A stretch of DNA of 64,000 nucleotides from Octopus bimaculoides (lineage: Eukaryota): contig NC_068981.1 in assembly GCF_001194135.2 (NCBI RefSeq), positions 32,215,705 to 32,279,704 of the forward strand. The letters run 5' to 3'. The notes beneath the pieces are model-generated. The model was not told where the DNA came from. It did no database searches and saw only the letters and a program-made list of their open reading frames with translations. Below, in pieces: positions 26,211 through 39,379 of this stretch. The position numbers and the translations under genes are program-made. Every line of letters begins with the position of its first letter. The stretch's first letter is position 1.

Positions 26211-26474
26211 TATGTATGTATGTATGTATGTATATATATATTCGTGAGTGTATGTATGTATATATACAGAGACAGAGAGAAAAACAGACAGACAGAGAAA
26301 GTTTATTGTTCCGTTACACGTAGAATGAATGAAAAAGTACTCCAACCAATGAAAGATGAATGCTATTTAATATACACAGTGCCTAAAGACATTGTATATA
26401 TATTATGCTTCAATGGCCAAAATCTATTAGTAGCTTATATTTAAATACCATGTGTATTAATTTGTAGGTATACA

Positions 26475-26508
<34 letters not shown>

Positions 26509-26512
<4 letters not shown>

Positions 26513-27160
26513 GGATGAAATATTGCAAAGATTAATCACTGTACAAGTCATTGAAAACGAATGAAACTGAAAAAAGGTGGGTAACGAAAACAATGCATGG
26601 TCAATTTAATAGGAATGTTGAAGATAACACAGACAGGGAAAAAAAGATGGCTTTGGATGACTAAAAATGATTTAAAACCAGAAACGAAGGCTCTAATCTG
26701 TGCTGCCCAAGAGCAAGCACTAAGAACAAACTACATAAAATAACGAATAGTCAACACTGCAGGATGGGATAAGTGCAGAATCTGTGGACAAAATGGTGAA
26801 ACCGTATGGCATATTACCAGCCAATGTACGCCACTTGCCCAGAAAGAATATAAGAGACGCTACAATATAGCAACTATTCGTCATTGGACACTTTTCAACA
26901 AGTATGGACTTGACAGAGCAAGAAATTGGTACGACCACAAACCCAAAGGCATCATCGAAATGATAATGCAACGATCCTGCAGGATTTTATGATTCAGTCT
27001 GACCATGAATTAGAGAATAGGAAGCCAGACATAGTCTTAATTGAGAAAGAAAGCTAACGATGCTGGATCATGGATATAGCATGCCCAGCTGACAACAAGG
27101 TATATAATAAGGAAGAAAGAAAAGTCGATAGATATGACAGGTTAGCTTCGGAGATTAAAC
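26509..27160 (+). mobile_element. R4/Dong-type RLE LINE, C-terminal fragment (CCHC knuckle and restriction-like endonuclease)
   Basis: KRWVTKTMHGQF...LKPETKALICAAQEQALRTNYIK...DKCRICGQNGETVWHITSQC...RKPDIVLIEKES*RCWIMDIACPADNKV, with stops and frameshifts. Confidence 0.88.
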
Positions 27161-27161
27161 A

Positions 27162-28535
27162 TCACATGGCCTGACCATCTTACTTCTAATAATATTGGTT
27201 CTGTGGCATTCTTTACATACCAAACTATGTTGTTTTCTTCTGCTCTAATGCTGTGTTCGTTTCCAATACGTCATTTTTCCCCTCTTCTTCTTGATATATA
27301 CAGTCTGTCTGTGTCACTTTTTTGGGTGGAGTGTCCTATATATAGTTAGCAACTTCCTTGCCTTTCTGTCTAAGCTGTTTAGTTCGTCTACTGTCCATGC
27401 GATTACCCCTGTTCCGTATCTAAGGAGTCAAACCGCCTCGGTGTTGATAGCTTCAATCTTATTCCGTCCGTTTAATTTCGACTTAAGGACCAGTCTCAGT
27501 CTGCGCAAGTACTCCGCCTTAAAATTTTCTGTCATTAATTTCTCCATCAATTTATCCATTTCGTCTCTTCTAGCTGCTTCATAACCTCCTCTGACGGTAT
27601 CGATAACCCGTCCATACATGTGATTTTGACTCTCTTCAAGACTAACGCACCATATTTTCTCAGTCCGAACTCCATTCTGATATCAGCACTGAAAATACAC
27701 ACCGTATCAACGAGGGAACTGACTTGGGCCTCATCTTTACCATAAAGTTTGAAGTCATCTATGAATAACAAATGGTTGACTTTTTGTTGGCTGCTTTTGA
27801 ATACATACCCAGCTTTTGCTGTCCTCAGAATCAGTGTTAGTGGTATCAAGCACAGTACAAATATCAGTGGGGACAGGCAGACCCCTTGGAAGATGCCCTT
27901 CCTGATTTCTACTGTCCTTAAACATCTTCCCTATGCTGTCAGGTCCGTCCTCCAATTCGCTATACTTTTTCCAAGCAATCGCTCAACATTCGATTCAATA
28001 CCAAATAGGTTCATACATTCTATTATTCAAGAGTGTGGGATCATATCGTTCGCCTTACGATCGTCGATCCATGACATGGCTAAGTTACTTTTCCTCCTTT
28101 TGCAGTCTCTAAGTACCGTTTTGTCTATCAGGAGTTGATCCTTGGTACCTCTGCACTTATGCTTGCAACCCTTCTGCTCCATTTTCTCCAGATGTTCGTA
28201 CATTGACTGCGAGTATTCCAGTCAATAATTTCCACATAAGTGGTAAACAGGATATCTACCTGTAACTGTCTACCCTATTGCCTTTTTCGATGTTTTTCAA
28301 GCACAACACTGTCCTACTCAATGTCAACCACTCTGGTGTTACTTGGTTGGCATTTAACAACGTGTTGAGTTGCGCAACTATTCGTGCATGACATTCACCA
28401 AATCTTTTGATCCAGTAGCCTTGAACTCCATCTGGTCCCAGGGCCTTCCAGTTGCTCATTTTTTTGGCTGATTTCCTTCACTTCCTTAACTGAAATGACT
28501 AGTTCTGCTTGTTTGGAGCAAACTACTGTTTGTTT
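27162..28535 (-). mobile_element. R4/Dong-type LINE reverse transcriptase fragment
   Basis: NWKALGPDGVQGYWIK, ...KVNHLLFIDDFKLYGKDE (FxDD motif), YLRRLRLVLKSKLNGRNKIEAINT, and WYVKNATEPILLEV; multiple frameshifts. Confidence 0.9.
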
Positions 28536-28538
28536 CGT

Positions 28539-28864
28539 GGAGGCGCAATGGCTCAGTGGTTAGGGCAGCGGACTCGCGGTCATAGGATCGCGGTTTCGAT
28601 TCCCAGACCGGGCGTTGTGAGTGTTTATTGAGCGAAAACACCTAAAGCTCCACGAGGCTCCGGCAGGGGATGGTGGCGAACCCTGCTGTACTCTTTCACC
28701 ACAACTTTCTCTCACTCTTACTTCCTGTTTCTGTTGTGCCTGTAATTCAAAGGGTCAGCCTTGTGACACTGTGTCACGCTGAATATCCCCGAGAACTACG
28801 TTAAGGGTACACGTGTCTGTGGAGTTCTCAGCCACTTGCACGTTAATTTCACGAGCAGGCTGTT
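28539..28864 (+). mobile_element. SINE family A, 3' end lost in N-gap
   Basis: GGAGGCGCAATGGCTCAGTGG...GGTTTCGATTCC; body matches the 8580 and 15646 copies. Confidence 0.92.
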
Positions 28865-29270
28865 NNNNNNNNNNNNNNNNNNNNNNNNNNNNNNNNNNNN
28901 NNNNNNNNNNNNNNNNNNNNNNNNNNNNNNNNNNNNNNNNNNNNNNNNNNNNNNNNNNNNNNNNNNNNNNNNNNNNNNNNNNNNNNNNNNNNNNNNNNNN
29001 NNNNNNNNNNNNNNNNNNNNNNNNNNNNNNNNNNNNNNNNNNNNNNNNNNNNNNNNNNNNNNNNNNNNNNNNNNNNNNNNNNNNNNNNNNNNNNNNNNNN
29101 NNNNNNNNNNNNNNNNNNNNNNNNNNNNNNNNNNNNNNNNNNNNNNNNNNNNNNNNNNNNNNNNNNNNNNNNNNNNNNNNNNNNNNNNNNNNNNNNNNNN
29201 NNNNNNNNNNNNNNNNNNNNNNNNNNNNNNNNNNNNNNNNNNNNNNNNNNNNNNNNNNNNNNNNNNNNNT

Positions 29271-29388
29271 GGTATTGATACATCAATTAGAAAGCATTTT
29301 TTTTCTTCATGATCTTTGACAACTATATCTGGTCTATTTGCCTTAATTTCTCTATCTGTGTGTATTGGCATATCCCAGAGTATGGTTG
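29271..29388 (-). mobile_element. R4/Dong-type RLE fragment of a second subfamily
   Basis: TILWDMPIHTDREIKANRPDIVVKDHEEKKCFLIDVSIP (RPD..D RLE motif); differs clearly from the homologous segment near 26980-27090. Confidence 0.85.
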
Positions 29389-29394
29389 CTATTA

Positions 29395-29705
<311 letters not shown>

Positions 29706-30534
29706 TTCCTTTAAATTCTTTTTAACAAGAACAACATAAACAATGAATTTTCTGAGTATTGTTGTTATGCGTTTATTACCGTTTGTTAGCAGGGGTGACG
29801 CTTGTGGAAACTGGTGTTACATTTTAAACAAAGCAGTTTTTGACTTTACTCACTTCAGTTCCATATTTGTTTCTTAAGACATTTGGGCTGTTTTCCTTTG
29901 CTTTGTTGTGTTTTTCGTTTTATGTATTCTTTATTATTATTATTATTATTATTATGTTTTTTTTAAACACCCGCGTTTTTTTTCCTCATCTTTCATTTCT
30001 TTTTACAAAATCATTCTTTCTCTTATTCTAATTTTTTATCCTTTTATTCAGTCTCATTTGTTACTTTGCTTTATCCAATAACTAGCTATTGTTTTCAATT
30101 TGTATTTAATTCTAATTATTTCAATCTTTTACTGTTATTTATTATTTTTCTCCTTTTATTGTTGTTCTGGATTGTTTATTATTGTTTTGCTTAGATACAT
30201 TTTTATTATTGATGTTGTGGTTGATTCTGTTGTAGTTTTTATTATTCCTCATCCTTTCAACCTTTTGTTTGTTTATTTTACATTTTCCTTATATTTTTTG
30301 TACACTTTATATATTTCTTCTTCGTTTCTTTGTTTATGTGTTTTTCTTATATTCCTTTCTTTCTAGAATCTTTACTATGTCTTTGTTTTCTCATTTTTCC
30401 TTCTTTCTCCTTCGCCATTACCTCCACTGCTTCGAAAATACTGTTACCAACAACATCAACACTACCCTTGTCACTTGACTCTACTAAAATCATTACCTCT
30501 ACCACCATCGTCATAAACATTAATATAATAATAA

Positions 30535-30635
30535 GAGGAAGAAGAAAAAGAAGAAGAAGAAGAAGAAGAAGAAGAAAAAAAAGAAGAAGAAGAAAAAGAA
30601 GAAGAAGAACAACAACAACAACAACTATTATTGTA

Positions 30636-30706
<71 letters not shown>

Positions 30707-30710
30707 TTCC
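30535..30710. repeat. Compound (GAA)n-(CAA)n-(TTA)n array
   Basis: Directly visible. Confidence 0.9.
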
Positions 30711-31998
30711 TACGTACTTTTCACTTGTACTTCTGCTTCTTTTCTTTTCCATCGTCTATGTTCCCTTTTCTGTTGTATTCCTTGCCTAAAATGATATTTT
30801 GTAAATACTACTACTAATAATAATAATAAATAAACAACAACAACAACAACAACAACAATGATAATACCAACAATAACAACAACAACGGGAGAAAAAAATC
30901 TCTAGCACCAGTCAAATGAAATACAAGTAAGCGAAATAAACAAAAGCCAAGCGAGATATCGCAAAATGTTAACAACCATGACAGGCGAAAATCGTTCGAT
31001 AACAATTGCCAAGTAATGATAACAAACAGCTTTGGTGTCAATCTGAGATATTTGTGGATATGAATACAGATTCCTGACCCCCAACTTACCCTCTTCAACT
31101 CCTCGCTCTCGCTCTCTCTCTCCCTCTCTTACTGTACTTCGGTATTTTTCTCTCCATTCCCTCTTCTGTTCTCATTCTCTGCCTTTCTCCTTCTTTTCCT
31201 ATTACTGTCCCCCTATATATCTCTCTCTATCTCCATCTGTCTTTGTGTGTACGCTGTACTTTCTGTTTCTGATATGGTGTTTCCCCATATTACTTCGGTG
31301 CATTAGTAAAGTTTTGAAATAATTATCAGTTGCCGCGCACTACATTACACTAAAGCAGCACGGCCCGTCGGCCTTTTCGTGTTTTAAACAAAAGTCTTCC
31401 ATCAATGATCTAATTAACAATTTTGTTGATAATTGACGCAAAACAAAAACAAAAATCAAATACTTCAAATAAAAATTAAACAAATATAAAAACAATTAGA
31501 TACCCCGGGAGGAGGAGGAGAAGAAATAGAAAATGAAGGAGGAGAAGGAGGAGGAAAAGACGACGACGAAGAAGAAGAAGAAGTGAGAGAGAGAGAGAGA
31601 GGGGGGTCTGGTATTGCTCTGTTTTGGTTTGTTTTTAAAGTCAATTTCACATCTCTTTTTGTTGTTATAATTCCACCGCATCAGCAATATAGCGCCGACA
31701 CCCCAACTACCAATACGCCACCACCAACAACACTACCACCATCACCACCTTCTTGCCATCGCGGACGTTGTCATCTTTTCGTTATCGTCACGTTTATTCA
31801 TTATTTCCACCAGCATCATCATCCCCGCCATCATCATCTCAACCACCACCACTAACACCTTCTTACCCTCTTCATCAACATTATTAACATCATCATTGTC
31901 AACATCATAATCGTCGGCATCGTCTTCATTATCATCTTTATATCATTATCATCATCTCCATTTTGACCATTCCAAATATTATGAGCAGCAGCGGGGCT

Positions 31999-32006
31999 TT
32001 CTTCTT

Positions 32007-32067
<61 letters not shown>

Positions 32068-32095
32068 GTCGTCGTCGTCGTCGTCGTCGTCTTCT

Positions 32096-32126
<31 letters not shown>

Positions 32127-32151
32127 TTTTTTTCTTCTTCTACTTCTTTTT

Positions 32152-32192
<41 letters not shown>
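31999..32192. repeat. Compound (TTC)n-(TTA)n-(GTC)n-(TTC)n-(CTA)n array
   Basis: Directly visible; it produces the spurious 336-aa ORF. Confidence 0.95.
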
Positions 32193-32194
<2 letters not shown>

Positions 32195-32640
32195 CTCTTC
32201 TCCTTTCCCTTCTCCTTCTCTTTCTCTTCCTTCCCCCTCTTTCTCCTGCAGTATCTTCCAGCATTCTTCTAATATTCATACAAGATCGCTCTTCCGTCCC
32301 ATTATTTTGGTTTTTCATCATGCACAATCTTCTTGCTCTCTCCAGAATGTTCTCTTTTCTCTTTCACTTTCGCATCACCTACTACTTCGTTCTTTTTTTT
32401 TTTTTCACACCAACACCACCAGACATTCTTCCATTGATGATTCTCCTTTTCTTTCCCCTCCTGTTTTCATTCATAGGTAATTTCCACTTCTTTGTCTTGT
32501 TTCATTCATTGATGTTGCTATTATTTCTTTTGTTGCCCTACTTCACCCTACACCACAACACAATTTCATCATACGTGCAGAAACACACACATATTCATAC
32601 ACACACACACAAGCACACACACACACACACACATATATAT

Positions 32641-32696
<56 letters not shown>

Positions 32697-33043
32697 CCCT
32701 ACATACGCACTTATACATATCAAAGTCCCAGTTCTCCTAAATCATTGTACTCATTCTCATTCTCTTACAAACAATGTGTACTGTTTTCTTCATCGACTGC
32801 AACGTTCTCTTAAAGTCAGTCAGTCACCACAGCTGCCACCACTACCACCACTACTATCACCATATCATCATCATCATCGTCGTCGTCATTATTATTGTGA
32901 AAATTATTATTTATGTTGTTCACTCTCATTACCGTTGTTGATTATGTTGATGTTTCTTATTGACTATAGTTGAGATATCATTGTGAAGTTCTGTACCATT
33001 GTTATTTATACGTTTTATTCGTGTTCTTGTGGTTGTTGTGGTT

Positions 33044-33099
<56 letters not shown>

Positions 33100-33569
33100 T
33101 GAGATAATTTCTTCTCACATTATTTCTTGTTTAACATTGTTTCCAGAGTCGGCTAATCCGTATTTTGTTTTGTTTTTTTCAGTTCTTTGTGCCTTTCGCT
33201 AATAGATATTTATTTTTTTTTTTTATTATTTTATGGTTGTAATTCCTATTTCATTTTATTATTTTCCTTTCCAATTTTTTAAAAATATTCTCTCACCAGC
33301 TATCTTTTGTATATAAATCTTGCTGAAACAATGGGAAACGATCCTTTAAACTAAATGAAAAATAACAATACTGTATTCGGGAAAAGTCTGCTTCTTTTGC
33401 GTTTTTCTTTTCATTGAAATCTACCTCATTTTTTTTCTACTCTATCCATTGAAATTTTCTGCATAACAACAATAAAAAGAGCAATAACAAAAACAATCAA
33501 ATAGACTTCTTTTCATGCGTCTCATGTCAAATTTTTATAGCGAAATTCAGTACATTTGATTGAATCGAA

Positions 33570-33700
33570 CCCATTATTTATCATTCACATTAAAAGTTAT
33601 TGACCCTCCGAGGGATGAAATCAGAGGTTGTAAGCCGAGTTAGATTAAAAACTAAGAAGTGAGGAACCGAAGTAAATAATGAAAAGCATCTAGTAATGTA
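33570..33700 (-). mobile_element. Very degenerate SINE family C
   Basis: ttattgaccctccgagggatgaaatcagaggttg resembles the reverse complement of the C central module. Confidence 0.4.
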
Positions 33701-33848
33701 TTCAGTTCATCCCAGTAACAGTCAGAAATGAAATAATATCAATATCATCGACAGAACACTAAGTTATATTGTTTAATAAGTTAAAGAGTTGAGCATTCGA
33801 TTGGTGAAGGCGATGTGACAAATTTTCAGATTTAATATTTGTACGTCG

Positions 33849-33957
33849 AAGGCGGCGAGCTGGCAGAAACGTTAGCATACCGGGCGAAATGCTTAGCAGT
33901 ATTTCGTCTGTATTTATGTTCTGAGTTCAAATTGTGCCGAGGTCGACTTTGCCTTCC
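33849..33957 (+). mobile_element. SINE family C, 3'-truncated
   Basis: aaggcggcgagctggcagaaacgttagc...ctgagttcaaattgtgccgaggtcgactttgcctt. Confidence 0.85.
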
Positions 33958-34539
33958 TGTTTTTTCCTTACACTTTCTTTCTCTCTATTCCCTTTTGCTT
34001 TCTTCGTTCTGATGATGTATATCAATTGCAACGAGGTAAATACATATTAACCCCAGCCTGATATACGGAAACAGCTGTAAACTGACTCTATCATACTCCC
34101 AATTAATTAATAATATAATGGCTTTATAACATCAAAGATCCACTTCTCAATGTTATTTATTCATTTTCTTATCGTCTATATATATTAGACTACGGTTTAC
34201 CTTTAAATTACCCACTACCGTATACTTTATAACAAGGACCATACATACTTAGGCAATTACCAGGAGTGCCTCTGGATACATCTATCCCTTAGATGGTTTT
34301 CATACATCTAACTTATATCTTATAGACATGATTATACATGTGTGTGTAAAATCACTGCGATAACAAATCTACCAGTTGGGCAGTAGAATGTAGAGTTTGG
34401 TTCTTTAATCCACAACTATGATTCCGCCATTTTATCACTTCTGTATAATTGTGCTCTTCTCTCGGAACAACATTTAGAACTGCTACACGCTTTACCTGAC
34501 TTGTTTATCGCAGCCTATTTCGAGGCAGATTTGTTTTTA

Positions 34540-34609
34540 GTTTGTTGTTAGTTCCAATACCTACCACGATAGATGAAAATCCGCGAAGTAGAAACAGTAC
34601 TGTACTGTA

Positions 34610-34685
<76 letters not shown>

Positions 34686-34820
34686 CATTATTATAATTTG
34701 TATATATTTATTTTATTATAAATGCAAAACAACATCACGGAGGAATCGACGTAAGCTTAAATGATAAACCGCGATAGGTGAAATACGTTAGGTGAACCGC
34801 GATATGGCGAGGGATTAATG
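34540..34820. mobile_element. Probable Tc1/pogo (Tigger-like) non-autonomous element with internal (ATT)n expansion
   Basis: Subterminal repeats cgatagatgaaaatccgcgaagtag ... aaaccgcgataggtgaa ... gaaccgcgatatggcgagggatta resemble pogo-type ends; only the right end is visible. Confidence 0.45.
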
Positions 34821-35147
34821 CATTTCATTCTACTTCCTACACCTAATTTGTACCTCCTCTCCCCTATAAAATTCATTAAAAAATATTTTATTCTTCAAAT
34901 CAATCAAAGCCACTGATGCAATAATGTCAATATAAAATAAAATGTCAATATTGCAGCCTAATAAATTTATTCTCGAAGCCTCTCCTATTCTGCACTAAAT
35001 TCAGGCTCTATTACTGTGATGTTTTCTGTTTATGTCTTTTTTTTGTTTTGTTTTTTCTCTCATTAAACAAAATTTGAAAAGCGTAGAATAAAAATTTACG
35101 TCTACACTGTATACTTCTGCGAGGCCACAATATACATACACATTTAT

Positions 35148-35203
<56 letters not shown>

Positions 35204-36170
35204 TGAGCGAGAGAGAGAGAGAATTCCTACACAATTATAACAACTTGAATCACATTAAAATTCAGTGGACATTTGTGAAACAATGTGGCATTAACGAAAA
35301 AATTGGACAACCAACATGTTTTTAAAAGGAAGCAGATTATTTGGAACACAACTTCTCTTCATTATACAAAATCTCAACAGGTGTTGCTAAAATATAATAA
35401 ATAGTTATTGTGTCATGTACAGCTATTATAGTTTTGATGGAAACAACTTGTAAAATCATTACTATGGCTGTGTGGGTTTGAATACACATATATATANNNN
35501 NNNNNNNNNNNNNNNNNNNNNNNNNNNNNNNNNNNNNNNNNNNNNNNNNNNNNNNNNNNNNNNNNNNNNNNNNNNNNNNNNNNNNNNNNNNNNNNNNNNN
35601 NNNNNNNNNNNNNNNNNNNNNNNNNNNNNNNNNNNNNNNNNNNNNNNNNNNNNNNNNNNNNNNNNNNNNNNNNNNNNNNNNNNNNNNNNNNNNNNNNNNN
35701 NNNNNNNNNNNNNNNNNNNNNNNNNNNNNNNNNNNNNNNNNNNNNNNNNNNNNNNNNNNNNNNNNNNNNNNNNNNNNNNNNNNNNNNNNNNNNNNNNNNN
35801 NNNNNNNNNNNNNNNNNNNNNNNNNNNNNNNNNNNNNNNNNNNNNNNNNNNNNNNNNNNNNNNNNNNNNNNNNNNNNNNNNNNNNNNNNNNNNNNNNNNN
35901 NNNNNNNNNNNNNNNNNNNNNNNNNNNNNNNNNNNNNNNNNNNNNNNNNNNNNNNNNNNNNNNNNNNNNNNNNNNNNNNNNNNNNNNNNNNNNNNNNNNN
36001 NNNNNNNNNNNNNNNNNNNNNNNNNNNNNNNNNNNNNNNNNNNNNNNNNNNNNNNNNNNNNNNNNNNNNNNNNNNNNNNNNNNNNAGAAACACTACACTA
36101 AATGACAACGAAATCATGCGACAAGTTGTTTTCCAAATAAATATTTGGGGAAAATTTTTGTTTTTTAATA

Positions 36171-36386
36171 TTCTTTTCTACTCTCGGCACAAGGCACACA
36201 ATTCTGGGGAAGGGCGGGGCAGTCATTTAGATCGACTCCAGTACGTAACTGGTACTTAATGTATTGACCCCGAAAGTATGACAAGCATAGTCGACTTCGG
36301 AAGAATTTGAACTCAGAACGTAAAGACAGACGAAATACTGCTTAGCATTTCGCCCGGCGTGCTAACGTTTCTGCCAGCTCGCCGCC
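36171..36386 (-). mobile_element. SINE family C, full length
   Basis: Reverse complement reads ggcggcgagctggcagaaacgttagcacgccgggcgaaatgc...gagttcaaattc...tttcggggtcaatacattaagtaccagttacgtactggagtcgatc...ccttgtgcc. Confidence 0.88.
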
Positions 36387-36539
36387 ATTTTTTTTTTTTT
36401 TTTTAATATTAAGTGAGGTCTGGAGTAAGTGCCAGTACTGCTGCTCTACTTCAATTCCTTTTTGATTAGATGGATACCACATAAATTGCAACATGTAGAA
36501 GCAAGTAAGACATATTCAAGGAATGAAAACATCTGAAAA

Positions 36540-37560
36540 CTGGTCAGTCGTATACAGAATCTCCAATGCATTGCTTCAACATATTATCATTGATGTCACA
36601 AAGCAACAAAATTCCCCTGTTCTACGCGACATCATTCGTTCACACTATTCCACACAACAGCTACACTGCTGATAATATATGAGGGCATCTGTAACCAGAA
36701 ATTGATGCATGTACTATTTTAACTACCTCCGACATAAAAATACTTTCGTTTCCATTGACCGGTATTATCAATACCTCCTTCAAAAACAACACAAAAACGT
36801 GACTGGTAAATTATGTGGCCTATACTATATAAAACTATAACAGCCTGAATTTGTTATGTTTTAAACGGGGTAACAGATGCGTCTGTTCCCTCACGAAATG
36901 TTTATAACCTATGTCTACACGACTTTCCCCATTATTCCTTAATAGACACACACAGTCTAAGGCACAGATGAAATCACAGCTACGTCTTCCCACTATTCTC
37001 CATACGTAGCTATGCAACTATTTCAACTAAGAAAAAATTCACCAAGAAATCTGGGCTTAAGGATACGACGTGGCACCGTCTATATTTACAGTCTTATTAG
37101 TAGCACTCCAGAGTACCCAATGCACCAAGCCATCAAACTGAACAACACAAAGAAGAAAAAATATACTAGGAGTTACTTGTAACTTTTTATTAGATTCACA
37201 AAACGCATTAAATAAATATGAGAGCAGAGACATACAGAAATACATACCTAATAGAAAGTAACTACAACTGTGTACAAGATAAAATTTTCAGATTCATTAA
37301 ATATTATATCTGCCACGTTTGGACGCTCATTCACTCCTCAGCCAAACACAAAAGATTGCAAAAGCCTCAAAGCACTGCATAATATTATTCCAATTTACAC
37401 AAGGATAACACATATCGGCTACCCTGAAAACGAAACAAAAGTACAGAAAGTGGTTTTGAAAATTACTTGCTGCTATAAACTTGAGCTCTTCACAGCCCCT
37501 TTGAGTATATAAAATATCGGCAAGCTACATCTACAACACCAGTGAACACTTCTGCAACAC
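36540..37560 (+). mobile_element. Highly decayed Jockey/I-group-like LINE RT remnant
   Basis: Ordered degenerate RT motifs: IIIDVTKQQ (cf. LDLSKAFD), NYLRHKNTFVSI, GVTDASVPSRNVYNLCLHDFP (cf. GVPQGSVLSP.LFN...D.P), NILGVT, then QSTA..IIPIYTRITHI...NETKV. Confidence 0.6.
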
Positions 37561-38685
37561 ACTCTTAAAATCCCGATATTTACAGCTCAGTATACACGAA
37601 AAGAGAAGAAAATATACAAGCAGAAATATATGTAGCAACAATAGTCTCATTAGCCAAAGCAGTGTGCTGGGATGTACACAGCCAATAAGGAATACAAAGA
37701 AATAACAACTGTCGTGTCCTGTGCATCTTCATATTGCTCGCCTTATATGCATCCTGTATTATGAATTTAAAAAGATGAAAAAAATATGGATAAAAGAACG
37801 TTGGGGTGGTGGTTGCTGGAATACTTTTGATTAAAGGTCAGCTCAGACAGAATTGGTCAAAAGATGTAAAGAAAGAGAAGGATAATCATCCGCCGTCTCT
37901 AAAGAGAAAATTAAATATATGCTTAAGATATCCCTTTTAAAATACTGTGAGGAGTATGGAATGTATATCTCCAACACACACGCGCATACTCACCTAAACA
38001 AAAATAAGTATCAAACACGCTTATATGCAATATATATTTGTGTGTGTGTGTATGTGTGTGTGGGTGTGAGTGTGTGTGTGTGTGTGTACTTATATATTCC
38101 TTATTTTTTTATTCTATGAATGGTTTCAGTTTTGTTGTCATTTTATAGCAAAATGTTGGTTTATGATCGAGTTTGTAGCTGCTGACCTTCCGTAAGTGTA
38201 TGGTTGAATGGCTGACTGATCTGGTATTGCCGTTAGTTCATCCAATCTTTCGTTTTTTTTAATCTTTCAATAAATGTCCCTTTTTATTTCCGATTTCGAT
38301 AGGTAGGCAGTTGACATACGCCGGCCCCTCCAATATATATATATATATATATATATANNNNNNNNNNNNNNNNNNNNNNNNNNNNNNNNNNNNNNNNNNN
38401 NNNNNNNNNNNNNNNNNNNNNNNNNNNNNNNNNNNNNNNNNNNNNNNNNNNNNNNNNNNNNNNNNNNNNNNNNNNNNNNNNNNNNNNNNNNNNNNNNNNN
38501 NNNNNNNNNNNNNNNNNNNNNNNNNNNNNNNNNNNNNNNNNNNNNNNNNNNNNNNNNNNNNNNNNNNNNNNNNNNNNNNNNNNNNNNNNNNNNNNNNNNN
38601 NNNNNNNNNNNNNNNNNNNTATATATATGTACATATATATATGCACACAGATAGATATATGTATGTATACATAAATGTGTAATGG

Positions 38686-39110
38686 TGTCTGTCTGTGTGC
38701 ATGGGGTTACTCTAACTCCTGCCACACCGGCCAAACGATTTTAATGATTTTTGGCACATAGGTAGATCACATGCCCTGAAGTTCAAATAAGGCTGGAAAT
38801 TTTCGAAAATTCGATAATGCTCAATCGATTTTCTGAGCTCAACCGGGCGTTTAAATGAAAATTCCCATAACGGTGTTATTTTTGAAGCAGTTTTTGCATT
38901 TCTTGTCCGATTTTGATGAAAATCGATGAGTGAGCGAGGCTCATGGCAGTGTGTTGATGTCAGTATATGACGTTGATAAAAAATCGATAATTGCGCCTGA
39001 GCAGTGGTTTTATAAACTCAATAGGCGTTTTCCGTGTAAATACCCATAGGGATTTTATTTTTTGCCGTAACTTTTATATTTTCATGTAAATAGTTACATG
39101 TATTCCTTTT
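38686..39110. mobile_element. Possible Helentron-associated (HINE/DINE-1-like) non-autonomous element
   Basis: gtctgtctgt microrepeat followed by taactcc...aaacgattttaatgatttttggcacataggtag and ccgattttgatgaaa, recalling HINE core motifs; unverified. Confidence 0.35.
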
Positions 39111-39379
39111 TATGACATAACCTTAACATTTTTCTTCGGATTTTGCTGAGATTGGACACGCTGATCAATTTTGTACAGAGGGTGGCATTAAGAGGAGAGA
39201 AATAAACAAGCATCGCTCTCAACGGGTCAAGGTACACCCAAAATTTCGGTTGCGATTTCAGACGGTCCAGTATGTAGGAGTATGTCGAAAGCGTTAACCA
39301 GGTAAAATCACTGTCAAACCAGATGTAACATCTTAATGGCACGGAGAACGTAGAAGATTTCAATACAATGTCAAAGTTT

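Noticed and set aside
31963-32973. 336-aa ORF, the longest gap-free ORF
   Set aside because: It consists of homopolymer runs from compound triplet repeats plus (CA)n/(TA)n, with no domain-like sequence.
32971-32993. bantam-like sequence TGAGATATCATTGTGAAG
   Set aside because: A 2-nt insertion disrupts the seed, and no precursor hairpin is evident in the flanks.
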